Shown piece by piece: positions 62,923 through 64,000 of a stretch of DNA of 64,000 nt. A program made the translations under genes and the position numbers. Under the pieces are notes generated by a model. The model made no database searches. It was given only the letters and a program-made list of their open reading frames with translations, and had not been told where the DNA came from. Source of the stretch: Camelus dromedarius (lineage: Eukaryota); NCBI RefSeq assembly GCF_036321535.1, contig NC_087437.1, positions 26,600,001-26,664,000 of the forward strand, written 5' to 3'. The first letter of the stretch is position 1. Each line of letters begins with the position of its first letter.

Positions 62923-63057
62923 GGAGTGGGGTGTGTAGCTCAGTGGTAGAGTGCGTGCGTAGCATGCACAAAGTCCTGGGTTCAATTTCCGGTACCTCCA
63001 TTTAAAAAAAACAGATAAATGAAATAAATAAATAAACCTAATTACAAAAGGTAGATA
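62923..63057 (+). mobile_element. tRNA-derived camelid SINE (vic-1 type)
   Basis: gtagctcagtggtagagtgcgtgcgtagcatgcac..gtcctgggttcaat..ggtacctcc, then aaataaataaacctaattac. TSD aaagatttgt (62912-62921) / aaaggtttgt (63058-63067). Confidence 0.92.
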
Positions 63058-63669
63058 AAAGGTTTGTGTGCAGGAATGGATGAGCTTGAGATTAGGGGAA
63101 GGTCATGAGAAATGAAGAAGTTCAGGAAGAACGTGGCCAAGGAACAAGATGGTCCTCCAGAGTGATGCTTGTGTTGCTGGGAAATGGAAGGAGATGGAGT
63201 GGAGAGAATGGCAGGGCCAAGGTTCTCAGTGCCAAAGCCTTTAGGTGATTGGCCTGGTTCCTGAGACCTGAGACCCCACTCAGGGACTAAAAGGGGGAGA
63301 GATGAATTCCTGAATAAAAATCTTGACAGTCAGAAGGTGTAATGTGTACTAGGAGGAAAACCCCAAATGTTGGCCGTGGGTTACTGACAGCAGTCCCCAG
63401 GAGATGCTCTGTTATGAGATCAGCCTGCCTTGTGGGACCAGCCCTGCACTTGGGGCCCAGGACTTTTGTTGTTCATCCTACCTTAAAGTCCCACAGTTTA
63501 TACTTATACACAATACTTCACAGTTTACCTAAAGCCAGTGGCCTGGGTGTTGTGTCAATAGTGGCTTCTATCTTTAGACAAAAGCCCCAGGTCCCAAGCA
63601 GTGTTTAGGGCAGGTCAGGCTTGGGTTCCCTTAAGCTGCAGGTGGAGGGATGCAGTCCTTTTATTTAGA

Positions 63670-64000
63670 ACAGTGCCTCTGAAGAATGCTCTAGTCTATA
63701 CAGAATCACCTGGAGGCTCCTGACAACACAGACTGCTAAATCCTACCCCTGGAATTTCTGTTTCAGAGAGGCTGGGGTGGGGCTGAAGAATCTGCATGCC
63801 GAGCAAGTTCCCAGATGCTGCTGCTGGTCTGAGGATCACACTTCAAGAACCACCGGTTTTGGGCACTGTTGCTAAATTCTGCTCGCACTTTGGAATCACC
63901 TGGGGAAGTTTAAAAACCCACGTGGTCTGAGGTGAGGCTTAAAAATCAGGAATTTTCAAAGCTCCCCAGATGATTTTAATGTACAATGAGCGCTGAGAGC
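63670..64000. mobile_element. Two adjacent MER5-type MITEs
   Basis: agaatcacctggag..caagttcccagatgctg..aagaaccac; ggaatcacctgggga..aagctccccagatgatt. Confidence 0.75.

Noticed and set aside
62923..63000. tRNA-Ala-like genes (also 1750-1821, 29985-30057, 35632-35710)
   Set aside because: These are SINE heads: diverged stems, shared non-tRNA 3' segments, A-tails and, in two cases, TSDs.
1..64000. CRISPR arrays, operons, rRNA or other prokaryotic systems
   Set aside because: The sequence is mammalian; no regularly spaced repeat-spacer array or dense coding structure is present.

Overview
Mammalian genomic DNA, most likely camelid (camel/alpaca): it carries tRNA-Ala-derived vic-1-type SINEs and cetartiodactyl L1 3' ends, and I saw no Bov-A/BovB or primate Alu. 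I find no credible intact host protein-coding exon, so the window looks intergenic or deep-intronic. It is dominated by interspersed repeats (MIR, L2, old and young L1, MaLR/ERVL LTRs, hAT and Tigger MITEs). Notable content: (1) a two-LTR, 4-bp-TSD, non-autonomous class I ERV provirus (39528-44893, minus) retaining a degenerate env TM/immunosuppressive domain; (2) inside it, an L1-type retroposed piece of host L2/MIR-derived sequence with its own 19-bp TSD and (GAAA)n tail; (3) a composite insertion of unique DNA, an inverted SINE and an L1 3' end inside one TSD pair (29861-30432); (4) two 3'UTR-only retrocopies, one from HSPA8 and one of unidentified parent; (5) an orphan CpG-enriched promoter-like element with abutting NRF1 and E-box motifs; (6) a cluster of four solo LTRs at 52.9-56.1 kb. 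Repeat family names come from recalled consensus sequences, not from a database search, and boundaries of old repeats are approximate.
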